A stretch of 64,000 bases of DNA from Fidelibacterota bacterium. GTDB taxonomy: Bacteria > Fidelibacterota > UBA2242. The stretch's first letter is position 1. Every line of letters starts with the position of its first letter. Positions 19,529 through 29,467 of this stretch are shown piece after piece. The DNA lies in assembly GCA_049975265.1 (NCBI GenBank), contig JBNGDF010000005.1, positions 10,220 through 74,219 on the forward strand, given 5' to 3'. The notes beneath the pieces are model-generated. The model did no database searches, was not told where the DNA came from, and saw nothing but the letters and a program-made list of their open reading frames with translations. The position numbers were made by a program, and so were the translations under genes.

Positions 19529-20605
19529 TCAGTGATTGTAAATGAGCATTAAACGAATTCCGATATTGCTGCCGAAAGCGTTGATGGTAGGCAATTGTAT
19601 ATCCGGAAAGTGAAACAGCGCCAGATTGAGCATAATTTTATCATAGCTGCGCTGCCAGCTGATATACTGAATGAAGTCTTCAGTGTCCCAAAAATAAAAT
19701 ATCATCAGTGCCAGATTATCGAACAATCCCAGCGGATAATTCAGCATTAATGCGGATAATTGGGCATCCTGATCGGATTCATGAAACTTGTTCGACAGCC
19801 GATGGATCATGTGTTCCCCGAGAACATACAGCCCGTTCCCGACACTAAAAGTATAATCGGTTCCCATCGTCAGCGACTTGGTGTAATGATACGGTGCGGC
19901 GATTTCCTGATGCTGCACAAGCGCCTCAAACCAGACACCCACGACGACATCCCAGCGTCCGTCAAAAGCGATTCGGTTTTCCCGAAAATCAGCAGGGGAG
20001 CTGTGAACGGTTCGGGTATGTCCCGAGACCGCTGTTTCGCCCATGGGTACAGGAACCTGCAGCCGGGCGCCCAATTCCGGTTTGGTTTTCACACTGCCAG
20101 CCGTTTCCCAGCCCTTGGCATCACCATTACCGTACAATCCCCAAAGCCAGATGTTGGCATTGTTCAGAAAAATGAAGCGATACCGCAGACCCCAGACGCC
20201 TTCGGCAATATTCATCGGGTCGGTGGGATTCTGGCGCTCAAACCACATCAGTGCCCGCAGTAGCTGTGCCGGTCCGAAATTGATTTTTTGCAGACCTACT
20301 TGAATTTCCGATTGAGGGGTGGCGTAACGCAGATTCAGCCGGTAGGGGCGGATATCATCATGGTACTGTCCGGTTTCCTGATTGATATAGCCATGAAGCG
20401 ACAGTTCAAGATCGATAAAATGGGAGGGTGAGAAGGATTTCGAAATCTGCAGGTTGGGGATATACTGAATTCTCGCGCTGCCGTACCAGATGCCGCCGGA
20501 TTCCCAGCCGGTGCCGCTGAATGACAGCTGCCCCCTGATGTTCGTCTCCGTTGCGGAGAGCAGCGAGAAAATTCCTAAAAGCGATATCAGGAAGCGGGAG
20601 TTCAC
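19529..20605 (-). CDS. Hypothetical outer-membrane beta-barrel protein
   Basis: Signal peptide MNSRFLISLLGIFSLLSA, beta-rich composition with aromatic residues, between TetR and the ABC genes. Confidence 0.5.
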   Translation of the reverse strand: MNSRFLISLLGIFSLLSATETNIRGQLSFSGTGWESGGIWYGSARIQYIPNLQISKSFSPSHFIDLELSLHGYINQETGQYHDDIRPYRLNLRYATPQSEIQVGLQKINFGPAQLLRALMWFERQNPTDPMNIAEGVWGLRYRFIFLNNANIWLWGLYGNGDAKGWETAGSVKTKPELGARLQVPVPMGETAVSGHTRTVHSSPADFRENRIAFDGRWDVVVGVWFEALVQHQEIAAPYHYTKSLTMGTDYTFSVGNGLYVLGEHMIHRLSNKFHESDQDAQLSALMLNYPLGLFDNLALMIFYFWDTEDFIQYISWQRSYDKIMLNLALFHFPDIQLPTINAFGSNIGIRLMLIYNH

Positions 20606-21276
20606 TTTTTATCCTCATCCGGAATCGGCATCAAACCGTAATAAATGAAGTTGTTAACCTCAAGGGCAAATTCCGTATAGTTATCGTAGAGCGCCACCAG
20701 CTGTTCGTTTTTGGCGAGCTCCAGAAGCTGGTTAACAACAGCGAGGAAAAACTCCGGACGAATGGACTTACGAACCTCACCCTTTTCCTGAGCCTGTTGG
20801 ATGAGTTTTATGAACCATTGCATGACTTTTGTCAGCATCTGATTATAGAAATCCTGCAGTTCCGGAACAACGTCCAGATAATCCTTGATATATTGGTCAC
20901 CCATCGCCGTGGTGGCTTCGGCTTTCAATTTCAGGATCATGCTAACCTTCTCCTGGAAAGTGGCGCCGGTTTTATCCAGCGCATCCAGTTTTGCCATGCT
21001 ATCATCCATAATCCTTTGCCAGAGATACTTGATCAGTTCGTTCTTATTGGCAAAATATTTATAAAAGGTCATTTTGCTGACTCCGGCGGTCTGACAGATT
21101 TCCTCCACCGTGACCTTCTTGAAACCGAATTGATTGAAAAGAGTATCGGCGGCTGTGATGATTTGATGCTTTTTGGGGGGTATTTTTTTGGTTTTCATGT
21201 TTGTAGCGGGTTTACGATTCATATTTTTAAAAACGAAATTCGTATATATTTTACCATTTCGTAAAGCAAAATGCAA
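20602..21276 (-). CDS. TetR/AcrR-family transcriptional regulator
   Basis: HTH ...IITAADTLFNQFGFKKVTVEEICQTAGVSKMTFYKYF. First gene of the ABC cluster. Start probably internal (MKTKKIPP...). Confidence 0.8.
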   Translation of the reverse strand: MHFALRNGKIYTNFVFKNMNRKPATNMKTKKIPPKKHQIITAADTLFNQFGFKKVTVEEICQTAGVSKMTFYKYFANKNELIKYLWQRIMDDSMAKLDALDKTGATFQEKVSMILKLKAEATTAMGDQYIKDYLDVVPELQDFYNQMLTKVMQWFIKLIQQAQEKGEVRKSIRPEFFLAVVNQLLELAKNEQLVALYDNYTEFALEVNNFIYYGLMPIPDEDKK

Positions 21277-21358
21277 GAAAAATATTTACGAATTGTTCTT
21301 CAATTTACTTTATTCGTAAAATAGAGGTGGGATCGTAATACGAAAGCGGTGGTTTGTC

Positions 21359-22828
21359 TTAAACTGCAGCGGGATGGGTAAGCGTTTTGTATAATTTGAG
21401 GTACTGTTTGGCGGATTGCCGCCAGGAAAAATCCGCCTGCATGCCGTTCTGCTGGAGCAGTCGCCACGTTTTGGGATTGGAAAAGACTGATACTGCATCG
21501 CTGACGGCAATGACCAGGTCATCCGCGCTATAGTTCGCAAACAGAAAACCGTTGCCGGTCTCTCCGTTCCACTGTGTGATGGTATCCGCCAGTCCGCCGG
21601 TTTTGTGAATCACCGGGACGGTCCCGTATGACAAAGCTGCCATCTGGGTGATACCGCAGGGTTCGTAGCGGGAAGGCATTAGAAAGATATCACAACCAGC
21701 CAGGATTTTATGGGAGAGCGGGTTATTATAGCCGGAGTTAAATTTGAACTGTTTGGAATGATGATCGGCGATCCGCCGCAGCGATTGCTCATACTTCGCT
21801 TCGCCACTGCCCAGGATGACGATGGCAATCTCCATTTTCAGAATCCGCTCCAGCGCTTCGATCAAAATTGGAATCCCTTTCTGTTCGACCAGCCGGGAGA
21901 CCAATCCGATGAGAGGTTTATGGACATATTCCGGACTGATGCCGACATCGTTCATCAGGGCGACCTTATTATGGTATTTTTCCGCAATGGTCTGAAGAGA
22001 ATAAGGCTGGGTGATGTAGCGGTCGGTAGTGGGATTCCATTCGGAATAATTAACCCCATTCAGGATTCCATGCACCGGTTTACCGGTTGCCAGCAACACA
22101 TTTTTCAAGCCGGCACTCATGGTATCGTCGGTTACAATTTCTATTGCATGCGTCGGGCTGACGGTGCTGATGGCATCGGCGTACAGGATGCCGGCTTTGA
22201 GCGGATTGATCTGTCCGAACCACTCCAGCGGTGCCGTGGGGTAAAACAGTTCGTCGGGTAAATTATAGATCCGGCGGGCACTCATCTCTGTAATCCCCTG
22301 ATAGCCGACATTGTGCAGGGTCAGCAGGGTCTTTGTCTCCTGAAAATCACGATATTCCCGGGATTTCGCTTTCAGATAGACCGGAATCAGGGCGCAGTGA
22401 TTATCATTGCAATGAAAAACAGCGGGTTGCAGGTTGAGTAACCGGGCGGCTTCCAGACCTGCCTTTGAGAAAAGCAGAAAGCGCTGTGCGCTGTCGCTGT
22501 AGTAGTGTCCGTTTTGATCGGCATAAACGCCCCGTGAACCGAAATAGAACTCATTTTCGATGAAAAAGATTTGGAAATGTGAATTTTGTGGTGGCTGCCA
22601 GCGGGACAAACCACACGCGATGGTTTCGTTACCGATGTCGACATTGAACCGGTAGGGACTGCTTTCCAGTTTAAACTTTCGGCGATTTATCGTCCCGTAC
22701 GCCGGTGTTATTACCGTCATATCCACGCCCAAGGATGCCAATTCGACGGGTAGTGCACCGGCTACATCGCCCAGTCCGCCGACTTTGGAGAAGGGGTACA
22801 CCTCTGCTGAAACAAATACGATCTGCAT
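21359..22828 (-). CDS. glgA: Glycogen synthase (ADP-glucose type)
   Basis: N-terminal MQIVFVSAEVYPFSKVGGLGDV (the KxGGL motif) and C-terminal GT1 domain. Track ORF extends 10 codons upstream to 22858. Confidence 0.9.
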   Translation of the reverse strand: MQIVFVSAEVYPFSKVGGLGDVAGALPVELASLGVDMTVITPAYGTINRRKFKLESSPYRFNVDIGNETIACGLSRWQPPQNSHFQIFFIENEFYFGSRGVYADQNGHYYSDSAQRFLLFSKAGLEAARLLNLQPAVFHCNDNHCALIPVYLKAKSREYRDFQETKTLLTLHNVGYQGITEMSARRIYNLPDELFYPTAPLEWFGQINPLKAGILYADAISTVSPTHAIEIVTDDTMSAGLKNVLLATGKPVHGILNGVNYSEWNPTTDRYITQPYSLQTIAEKYHNKVALMNDVGISPEYVHKPLIGLVSRLVEQKGIPILIEALERILKMEIAIVILGSGEAKYEQSLRRIADHHSKQFKFNSGYNNPLSHKILAGCDIFLMPSRYEPCGITQMAALSYGTVPVIHKTGGLADTITQWNGETGNGFLFANYSADDLVIAVSDAVSVFSNPKTWRLLQQNGMQADFSWRQSAKQYLKLYKTLTHPAAV

Positions 22829-22839
22829 GGAATTTGGGT

Positions 22840-24552
22840 CTATTTTCCCAGTGTGCACCAGTAACGAAAATCGAGGGTGGGAAAGATTTCGTCATCTTTC
22901 TGAATGCGATCGAGATATTCTCTGGCGCCGTCGCTGAGACTGCCATCCGCCAGATATGTATCCAGAATCCGCCGCAGATTTTTGATCCGCTCATCGTGAA
23001 CAGTGACACGGTCTTCCGCATAATCCCGGGCGCTCCAGGTACTGATCAGAAATTGCCAGTCGGAACTTTCGAGCAGCAGCAGCTGCCGCGCTATAATGTT
23101 GAGGATTTCCGCCAGCGTTGCGTCATTGGTGTCTTTATACTGATCCGCCAACGCGATCATCCGATCTTCGGCGGCATAAATGTGTTTCCAGGTCCACTGG
23201 GTCCATTCATTCAGCCAGATATAGTGAAAACCACCCTGTCCCCAGGAGCCCTCCGGCAGTGAGACGGAGATTTTCGGCGGGTTATCGCGAAGATGTTCAC
23301 CGAGCGTCACTTTGCGGACCGAGGTGTCGCCGTTCAGTTTGCGCAGGACCTTTCCCACCCAGCGCGTTCCTTCGAACCACCAGTGCCCGAACAGCTCTGT
23401 ATCAAAGGGGGCCGTCAGAATGCCGGTCCGGCCGGTTGCGGCATAATGTTGATGAAGGTAATCATGGACCAACCCTGCAAAATGGGAAGCCTGGTTTTCC
23501 AGTGCCTCCTCCACATCTTCGGGATAGTATTCCTGCTTGTCGGCGAGGTCTGCTTTGGCACTGGTCACCTTCCAGAAGCGGTGTCCGCCGGGATAGTGTT
23601 TTTTATGAAAATCCAGATAGCGCCCGTCGCCGGGATAGCCGTATTCGCCGCTCCAGACCTGCAGTGAAGACTCTTCGTGCCGTCCGTAGACCACCGCTGC
23701 CCGGCTTGTTCCGGTGGAGCTGACCAGATAATTTTCGTAAATCGATCGTTCGGTGGTCTCTTTACGGGGTTTCCAGTTTTTCTCGAATTGACGCCAGAGC
23801 TGTTTCAGAGAGTCAAAGCGGTCGATATAAACCCCCTTGCCTTCGCCGCCCATAATCAGGTGCTTATCAACGATGAAATACTGAATGTCGTATTTGTAGA
23901 GAAATTCTTCGATCCCTTTGCGCTGAAATATTTTCGGGTATTCGGGAATCGGTGATGACCATTCATAACTGGGGCGATAGGCGCATTCCGGCAGCCACAT
24001 TCCCCGGGGCGCGCACCCAAAATGGCGCTGGTAAGTCTCCTTTCCAATCCGTATCTGGGCATCGATCGCCTCGTCGGAGCCCAGCAGCGGAAAATATCCA
24101 TGGGTAGCCGCGCAGGTGATGATTTCGATCTGCTCATCTTCCTGAAGTTTGCGGAATCCCGCCAGCAGATCCTGGTGGTAAACGTCGCTAAAACGTTGTT
24201 TGATATCGGTATAGAAATTTAACCAGAACTGTGCCAGCCGCTCGAGATGTTCGTTCCCGAGTTTGACAAATTCCAGCTGATTATCCCTGGCTGCCTCAAT
24301 TTTCTGGTCAAGGTAGTGAATCAGACCGGCTTTGAATTTATCCGCCGCCAGCTGCTCCGCCAGGATAGGAGTAATTCCTAGAGTGACCTTGGGACTGATG
24401 CCGTCGGCTGCCAGTGAGTCCAGTTCCTTCAGCAGAGGAATATAGGTTTCTGCAGCGGCTTCGTAGAGCCAGTCCATGCCGTGGGGCCATTCGCCGTGAT
24501 TGATCACATAGGGGAGATGGCTATGAAATACAAAAGTAAAGTATCCTTCCAT
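22840..24552 (-). CDS. GH57-family 1,4-alpha-glucan branching enzyme-like protein
   Basis: N-terminal FVFHSHLPYV (GH57 His-x-His-x-Pro signature), 570 aa, adjacent to glgA. Confidence 0.75.
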   Translation of the reverse strand: MEGYFTFVFHSHLPYVINHGEWPHGMDWLYEAAAETYIPLLKELDSLAADGISPKVTLGITPILAEQLAADKFKAGLIHYLDQKIEAARDNQLEFVKLGNEHLERLAQFWLNFYTDIKQRFSDVYHQDLLAGFRKLQEDEQIEIITCAATHGYFPLLGSDEAIDAQIRIGKETYQRHFGCAPRGMWLPECAYRPSYEWSSPIPEYPKIFQRKGIEEFLYKYDIQYFIVDKHLIMGGEGKGVYIDRFDSLKQLWRQFEKNWKPRKETTERSIYENYLVSSTGTSRAAVVYGRHEESSLQVWSGEYGYPGDGRYLDFHKKHYPGGHRFWKVTSAKADLADKQEYYPEDVEEALENQASHFAGLVHDYLHQHYAATGRTGILTAPFDTELFGHWWFEGTRWVGKVLRKLNGDTSVRKVTLGEHLRDNPPKISVSLPEGSWGQGGFHYIWLNEWTQWTWKHIYAAEDRMIALADQYKDTNDATLAEILNIIARQLLLLESSDWQFLISTWSARDYAEDRVTVHDERIKNLRRILDTYLADGSLSDGAREYLDRIQKDDEIFPTLDFRYWCTLGK

Positions 24553-24778
24553 AATATCCTCAGGTTTTTATTGTTCCGTTTTCAATGCCCCGTAAAATAC
24601 AACAGTTTGAATTAAAAATCCGCTACTCTTTTTCGGGCGGGAGAAATGTTGGTTTGGGTTATCTCCTGGCAAGGAAAATTGACCTGCGGGTGGAGTAGCC
24701 GGTTCCAGTACAGAAAGCCCTGTGCTGTTCACACAAGGCTTGGAGGAGGAGAAGAAGGGAACTGTATGTTTTTTGGGT

Positions 24779-25165
24779 TTATTCCAGGTTTCGGGAGGCG
24801 ATCAGGGGAATTCCCGAACCGGCAATGTTTTCCATCAGAATATCTCCCATTTTGACTGGAGTCGCTACTTCTATCCGGTTGATTTCATTCATACAAGGAA
24901 ATATCAGATGTTTGGGAATTGCTTCCCGGGTGCGCACCGGTAAACGTTTATAGTGGGAGTTAATAACCTTTACTGTGGAGGTTAGTATTCGGCGGGGGTC
25001 GGTCATTTCAGCGATCGCATAACTGATGCCCCGTTTGCAGGAATTACCCTCTACCCGAAATCCGTTTTCCGATTTTTCATCGCGGTAAACCGTCAGCCTG
25101 CAACCAATCGGGCAGGCGGTACAGATAAGCTCTTTAGATTGCATATGATGTTTTTTCTCCATCAA
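24779..25165 (-). CDS. DUF1667-domain protein (third subunit of a GlpA-like flavoenzyme module)
   Basis: 128 aa with a cysteine motif CTACPIGCRL. Genomic context with two flavoproteins. Confidence 0.55.
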   Translation of the reverse strand: MMEKKHHMQSKELICTACPIGCRLTVYRDEKSENGFRVEGNSCKRGISYAIAEMTDPRRILTSTVKVINSHYKRLPVRTREAIPKHLIFPCMNEINRIEVATPVKMGDILMENIAGSGIPLIASRNLE

Positions 25166-26411
25166 TGTGCAGGGAAATTGTTTTCGGTTGAATGGTTTTC
25201 ATGATATTGGAATTAATCCGTACCCGTTCCATTTCACCAGGGGCAAGGTGGAGTCGTTTGACCTCTTTGATTATTTTTCCATCGGCTTGAATCCGGATTC
25301 TGGCATTGCGATACACCCTGGTGACCCGCAGCATGATGTCCAGAATTCCGTTCAGATTATCAAGGCGGATATACTGAGGGATGACGTAGCTGACGCCCTC
25401 TTCCGGTACGACAGGGATAGAGGGGATGTTTTCATTGATTTCTTCAAAAATATAATGTGCGGCGCCGGCACCGGCTTTCCGGGCTTCTTCAGTGACATAA
25501 TCAGCCAAGTCGTGCACATGGGTGACATTTCCGCAGGCAAAGAATCCTTCGACGCTGGTTTCCATACTCTCGTTGACCAGCGGACCACCGGTTCTCGGAT
25601 CAAGTTTGATATTAGCCTGGAGGGATAATTCATTTTCCGGGATCAGTCCCACGGAAAGCAAAAGAGTATCGCATTGGTACTCTTTTTCGCTGCCCGGGAT
25701 CGGTTTTAGGTTCTGATCCACCTTGGAAATAGTGACGCCTGTGACACGGTCTTTACCCCTGATATTGGTGACAGTATGGTTCAGTAGCAAGGGAATGTCG
25801 TAATCGTGGAGACACTGAACGATATTGCGGGTCAAGCCGCTGGAATAGGGCATCAGCTCCGCAACCGCCATAACTTTGGCGCCCTCCAGTGTAAGGCGCC
25901 GTGCCATAATTAAACCTATATCACCGGAACCGAGAATCACAATCCGCCGACCCACCATGTAACCTTCGATATTGATAAATCGTTGAGCAGTACCGGCAGT
26001 AAGGACACCCGCCGGTCGGGTTCCGGGAATCCGAATGGCGCCCCGGGTCCGCTCACGGCAACCCATGGCTAAAATGATAGCATTGGCAGAGATGTGGATC
26101 AAGCCATCCTGTTTATTGATGGCGGTGATGGTTTTGATTTCTGAAATGTCCATTACCATCGTATCGGTTTTATATTCAATGTCCATTTCGAGAAGTTCAT
26201 TGATAAACCGCTGGGCATATTCTGGTCCGGTCAGTTCTTCTTTAAAAATATGTAAGCCGAAGCCGTTATGGATACACTGCTGCAAAATGCCGCCCAGTTC
26301 AAGGTCTCTTTCGAGAACTAAAATATTTTGGACACCCTTTTTCCGGGCTTCGATGGCAGCTGCCAAACCGGCGGGACCGCCTCCGATGACGACCAACTCG
26401 TAATTCAGCAT
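25134..26411 (-). CDS. FAD/NAD(P)-binding pyridine-nucleotide-disulfide-type oxidoreductase
   Basis: N-terminal VVIGGGPAGLAAA Rossmann motif and a second dinucleotide fold IVILGSGDIG. Confidence 0.75.
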   Translation of the reverse strand: MLNYELVVIGGGPAGLAAAIEARKKGVQNILVLERDLELGGILQQCIHNGFGLHIFKEELTGPEYAQRFINELLEMDIEYKTDTMVMDISEIKTITAINKQDGLIHISANAIILAMGCRERTRGAIRIPGTRPAGVLTAGTAQRFINIEGYMVGRRIVILGSGDIGLIMARRLTLEGAKVMAVAELMPYSSGLTRNIVQCLHDYDIPLLLNHTVTNIRGKDRVTGVTISKVDQNLKPIPGSEKEYQCDTLLLSVGLIPENELSLQANIKLDPRTGGPLVNESMETSVEGFFACGNVTHVHDLADYVTEEARKAGAGAAHYIFEEINENIPSIPVVPEEGVSYVIPQYIRLDNLNGILDIMLRVTRVYRNARIRIQADGKIIKEVKRLHLAPGEMERVRINSNIMKTIQPKTISLHIDGEKTSYAI

Positions 26412-27898
26412 TCTACTTCCTTCAATTGTTGGGCAGCGAGAACGGGTTTGGTTTCATTCATATCCGCAGATTTGGTTTTACCAGTGAGAATGGGTGAATT
26501 CAAATTGTCTTTTAGAATGCTGCCCATCTCCTGATGCAGTTCACGCGCCAGTATCTCAATCACACGGGGCATACAGAAACCACCCTGACAGCGTCCTGTG
26601 CCGGGTCGGACTCGGCGTTTGACACCGTCAACTGTTGTGGCGCCGGCATTTCGGTGAATGGCATCTACAATTTCGCCTTCGGTAATATTTTCGCAGCGGC
26701 AAATGATTCTGGCAAACCGCGGCTCTCTTTTGATCAAACTGGCTTTTTGATGATCGCTCAATTCGGCGAAGTGAATGATTTCGCGACGGGTGTCGCGAAA
26801 ATCACGCTTTGGTTTCAGCGCCGGCAGTATTGAATCGACAATGCCGACCACCTTTTCAGCAATTGCCGGCGCTGCCGTAAGTCCCGGTGATTTGATGCCG
26901 GCAACATTTATAAAACCCTTAACTGCCGGTGATTCTGCGATGATGAAGTCGCCGGTGTCGGGTTCGGCACGCAGTCCGGCGAAAATATTGATGGTCTGAT
27001 GCAGTGGAATATTAATAAAACTTTGCCGAGCGGTCTGTTGGACAAATTCCAGCCCCTGTGAGGTCGTCTCGACGGCGTCATCGCGGGAAATCCGTTCGGA
27101 GTTTGGTCCAATCAGAACGTTGCCATGAACTGTGGGGGTAACCAGAACCCCTTTCCCGAGATCACTGGGTGGTTGAAAAACCACATGGCGCACCATTTTG
27201 CCGGCGGTTTTGTCCAGTACATAGTATTCCCCACGGCGGGGCATGATTGTAAATTCCGGTGGCGCGATCAAATTGTTAATTTTATCGGCTTGCACACCGG
27301 CACAATTAATGATGACCCTGGAGCGGAATTGAACAGAGCCGGTTGAAATATTGAAAATTCCATCTGCTTTGGAGATGGAGACAACCGGGCTGTTTAAATA
27401 GAGTTCCGCGCCATTATCGATTGCATTTTCTGCCAGAGCAATCGCCAGCTCCCATGGTCCTACGATTCCGGCGGTTTTGGCATACAGCGCACCGATAGCA
27501 GCGGGATTTATTTCCGGTTCGAGATTGCGGAGCTGGTCGCGGTCGATGATTTCCATCTGGCGGATTTTATTCCGGATGCCCCGTTCATAAAGCTGCTGAA
27601 GGGTTTTAAGATCGGTGTCGTTAAACGCCAGCACCAGCGAACCAATTCGTTTGAAGGGTACTTGGAGACGTCTGCAAAGGGAATCGAACATGGGATTTCC
27701 CTTTGAATTTAGTTCAGCCATCAGGGTACCCGGTTTCGGATCGTAGCCGGCGTGGATAATGGCACTGTTGGCTTTTGTGGTGCCGTTTGAGACGTCGTTT
27801 TCTTTATCGATCAGAGCGATTTTCAATTGATAGCGGGTTAATTCACGGGCGATAGAGGTACCGCAGATTCCGGCTCCGATAATCAGAACGTCATACAT
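26405..27898 (-). CDS. FAD-dependent oxidoreductase of the glycerol-3-phosphate / L-2-hydroxyglutarate dehydrogenase (GlpA-like) type with C-terminal BFD-like [2Fe-2S] domain
   Basis: MYDVLIIGAGICGTSIAREL (GxGxxG). C-terminal cysteine pairs CRCENITEGEIVDAIH...GRCQGGFC are typical of BFD-like domains. Confidence 0.7.
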   Translation of the reverse strand: MYDVLIIGAGICGTSIARELTRYQLKIALIDKENDVSNGTTKANSAIIHAGYDPKPGTLMAELNSKGNPMFDSLCRRLQVPFKRIGSLVLAFNDTDLKTLQQLYERGIRNKIRQMEIIDRDQLRNLEPEINPAAIGALYAKTAGIVGPWELAIALAENAIDNGAELYLNSPVVSISKADGIFNISTGSVQFRSRVIINCAGVQADKINNLIAPPEFTIMPRRGEYYVLDKTAGKMVRHVVFQPPSDLGKGVLVTPTVHGNVLIGPNSERISRDDAVETTSQGLEFVQQTARQSFINIPLHQTINIFAGLRAEPDTGDFIIAESPAVKGFINVAGIKSPGLTAAPAIAEKVVGIVDSILPALKPKRDFRDTRREIIHFAELSDHQKASLIKREPRFARIICRCENITEGEIVDAIHRNAGATTVDGVKRRVRPGTGRCQGGFCMPRVIEILARELHQEMGSILKDNLNSPILTGKTKSADMNETKPVLAAQQLKEVEC

Positions 27899-28099
27899 GC
27901 CGCCGAGTCCTTCATGTTGTTAAAGAATAAATATACATTAATATTAATTCATTGATAATTTCAACTATCTGTCGCCAAAAGTCAATAAAAAATTTTAAGA
28001 CTATCGGTTATCCGTTAATTATATCCCCAAAATTCAGCGATTCTATAAAGATCGGCATTTACTTTTTAAAGGCGGATTAATTGATAGGTAGAACAGATA

Positions 28100-29031
28100 T
28101 TAAGTTAGATGAAGCAGCTCGTCAGCCCCCTGATCATCAATAACCAGAGAGTTGATGATTCCTGCTCTCGCCGCAGCGGCAACGACTTGAGCCCGATCCC
28201 GTCCGCCGGTTACGGCAACCACTTCCGGAATCCTTTTTAACTGTTCCAAGCTGATGCCGATAATCCGGTTTGTATAAGTGGTTTCACATTCATTGCCATC
28301 TTGGTCCAGAAAATGACCACAGATTTCACCCACCATGCCCCGGGATTTAAGGTTATTTAATTTGTGTTTTTCAGAAAATTCATTTGTGTAGAAGACCGAA
28401 TTTACCGGATTACCAATTCCTACGAAAGCCAGGTTGGCATGATCCATCTGGTTTAGGACATATTTAATCTGCTCGTGTTCTACAAAAATTTGGTAGCTGC
28501 GGTGGTCGGGAGTGATTGCGGGGGCTTGCAGACGATAATATTGTCCGCCCCAGCGTTTCGCCAGGCGCCGGGTAAGTTCGATAGCATCATTTTCCTGAAT
28601 CTGGGTAGAAATATCACCGATGGCTTGAATAAAGATATTGCTGTAAGTCGCTTGGGTCGGTTTCATCTCCTCCGTCACAGCATTCAGATAACGTCCCGCG
28701 GCGACACAGACAACTGAACCGGATTTGATTAGTTTGCTGAGAACAGGAGCCGCAAAATGCCCCATCGTGTAGCGATACTGTTCGCTGGTCTGACCGGGGA
28801 TTGTTTTGATGACGACGCAGTGATGAAAATGGAATTCTTCCATCAATTTCTTTTCAAGCACCTGATCACGGGGCGAAAAAGGCTTAACCTGGATTTGGAC
28901 TATTCCCTTTTTACGGGCTTCCTGGAGCAGACGGGACACATTAGCCTGGGATAGTCCGGCTAGTTTAGCTACTTTAGCCTGCCCCAGACCTTCGATGTAG
29001 TAAAGCGAGGCAACAAGCAGTAAAATTTCAT
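28100..29031 (-). CDS. SorC/CggR-family sugar-phosphate-binding transcriptional regulator (locus 1)
   Basis: C-terminal sugar-binding domain in track ORF 28100..28939 (GTG). The HTH LLLVASLYYIEGLGQAKVAKLAGLSQANVSRLL continues in-frame upstream to a stop at 29078-29080, with no in-frame ATG. An ATG at 29029-29031 lies 1 nt out of frame, just before a TTTT/AAA run; an in-frame ATT (29048-29050) lies 6 nt downstream of an AGGGAG SD. Confidence 0.65.
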
Positions 29032-29285
29032 CTTTTGCTTTTGGTTTAATGTCTGGCTCCCTGCGAAGTTTTAAAAATCATCCTGACCGTAAATTGATTG
29101 AACATTTCAAATTCTCCCAGATAATAAAGAAAAAACATCAATTATTCAATCATATTTATTCATTAAAAAAAATTTATATAAAATGAACTCTGTTCTGACA
29201 ATGAGTGTTTTTACCAATATTGCTATACTTAATGATTTTCCCCTTATAAAATTGAAGTTGTCTGGTTGTTTTTAACAAAAAAAGT

Positions 29286-29313
29286 GTTGACATTCCCTGA
29301 AAAATGCTTAAAA
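29286..29313 (+). promoter_or_regulatory. Sigma-70-like promoter for the locus-1 TonB receptor operon
   Basis: TTGACA (29286-29291), 16-nt spacer, TAAAAT (29308-29313), about 155 bp upstream of the receptor ATG. Confidence 0.35.
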
Positions 29314-29331
29314 TTAACTTGGCATTTTTAT
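29296..29331. promoter_or_regulatory. Imperfect inverted repeat TGAAAAATGC...GCATTTTTA overlapping the -10 element; candidate SorC operator
   Basis: TGAAAAATGC (29296-29305) and GCATTTTTA (29324-29332) are reverse complements at 9/10 positions. A second GAAAAATGCT copy lies at about 29409. The locus-2 intergenic region has a related perfect palindrome TGAAAAATC-N5-GATTTTTCA. Confidence 0.3.
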
Positions 29332-29467
29332 TAATGGATATTTATTCAATTTAATTATAAAGCATGGTTTTTTTTTAAACATAGGTCGAAACAGGCGGTT
29401 AAGAAACAGAAAAATGCTCAGCCGCGCCCAGACTGGGATTAGGGCAAGCCTGTGTGGAGTGATAGTT

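Noticed and set aside
29047-29285. Reading the AT-rich SorC-to-receptor spacers as additional small genes (the track ORF 54699..55778 N-terminal extension MKNLPDFSLLLISSFYLYKYSNYIIL...)
   Set aside because: The composition is that of translated AT-rich DNA. The locus-1 equivalent is closed by a stop codon, and conservation begins only at the HTH.
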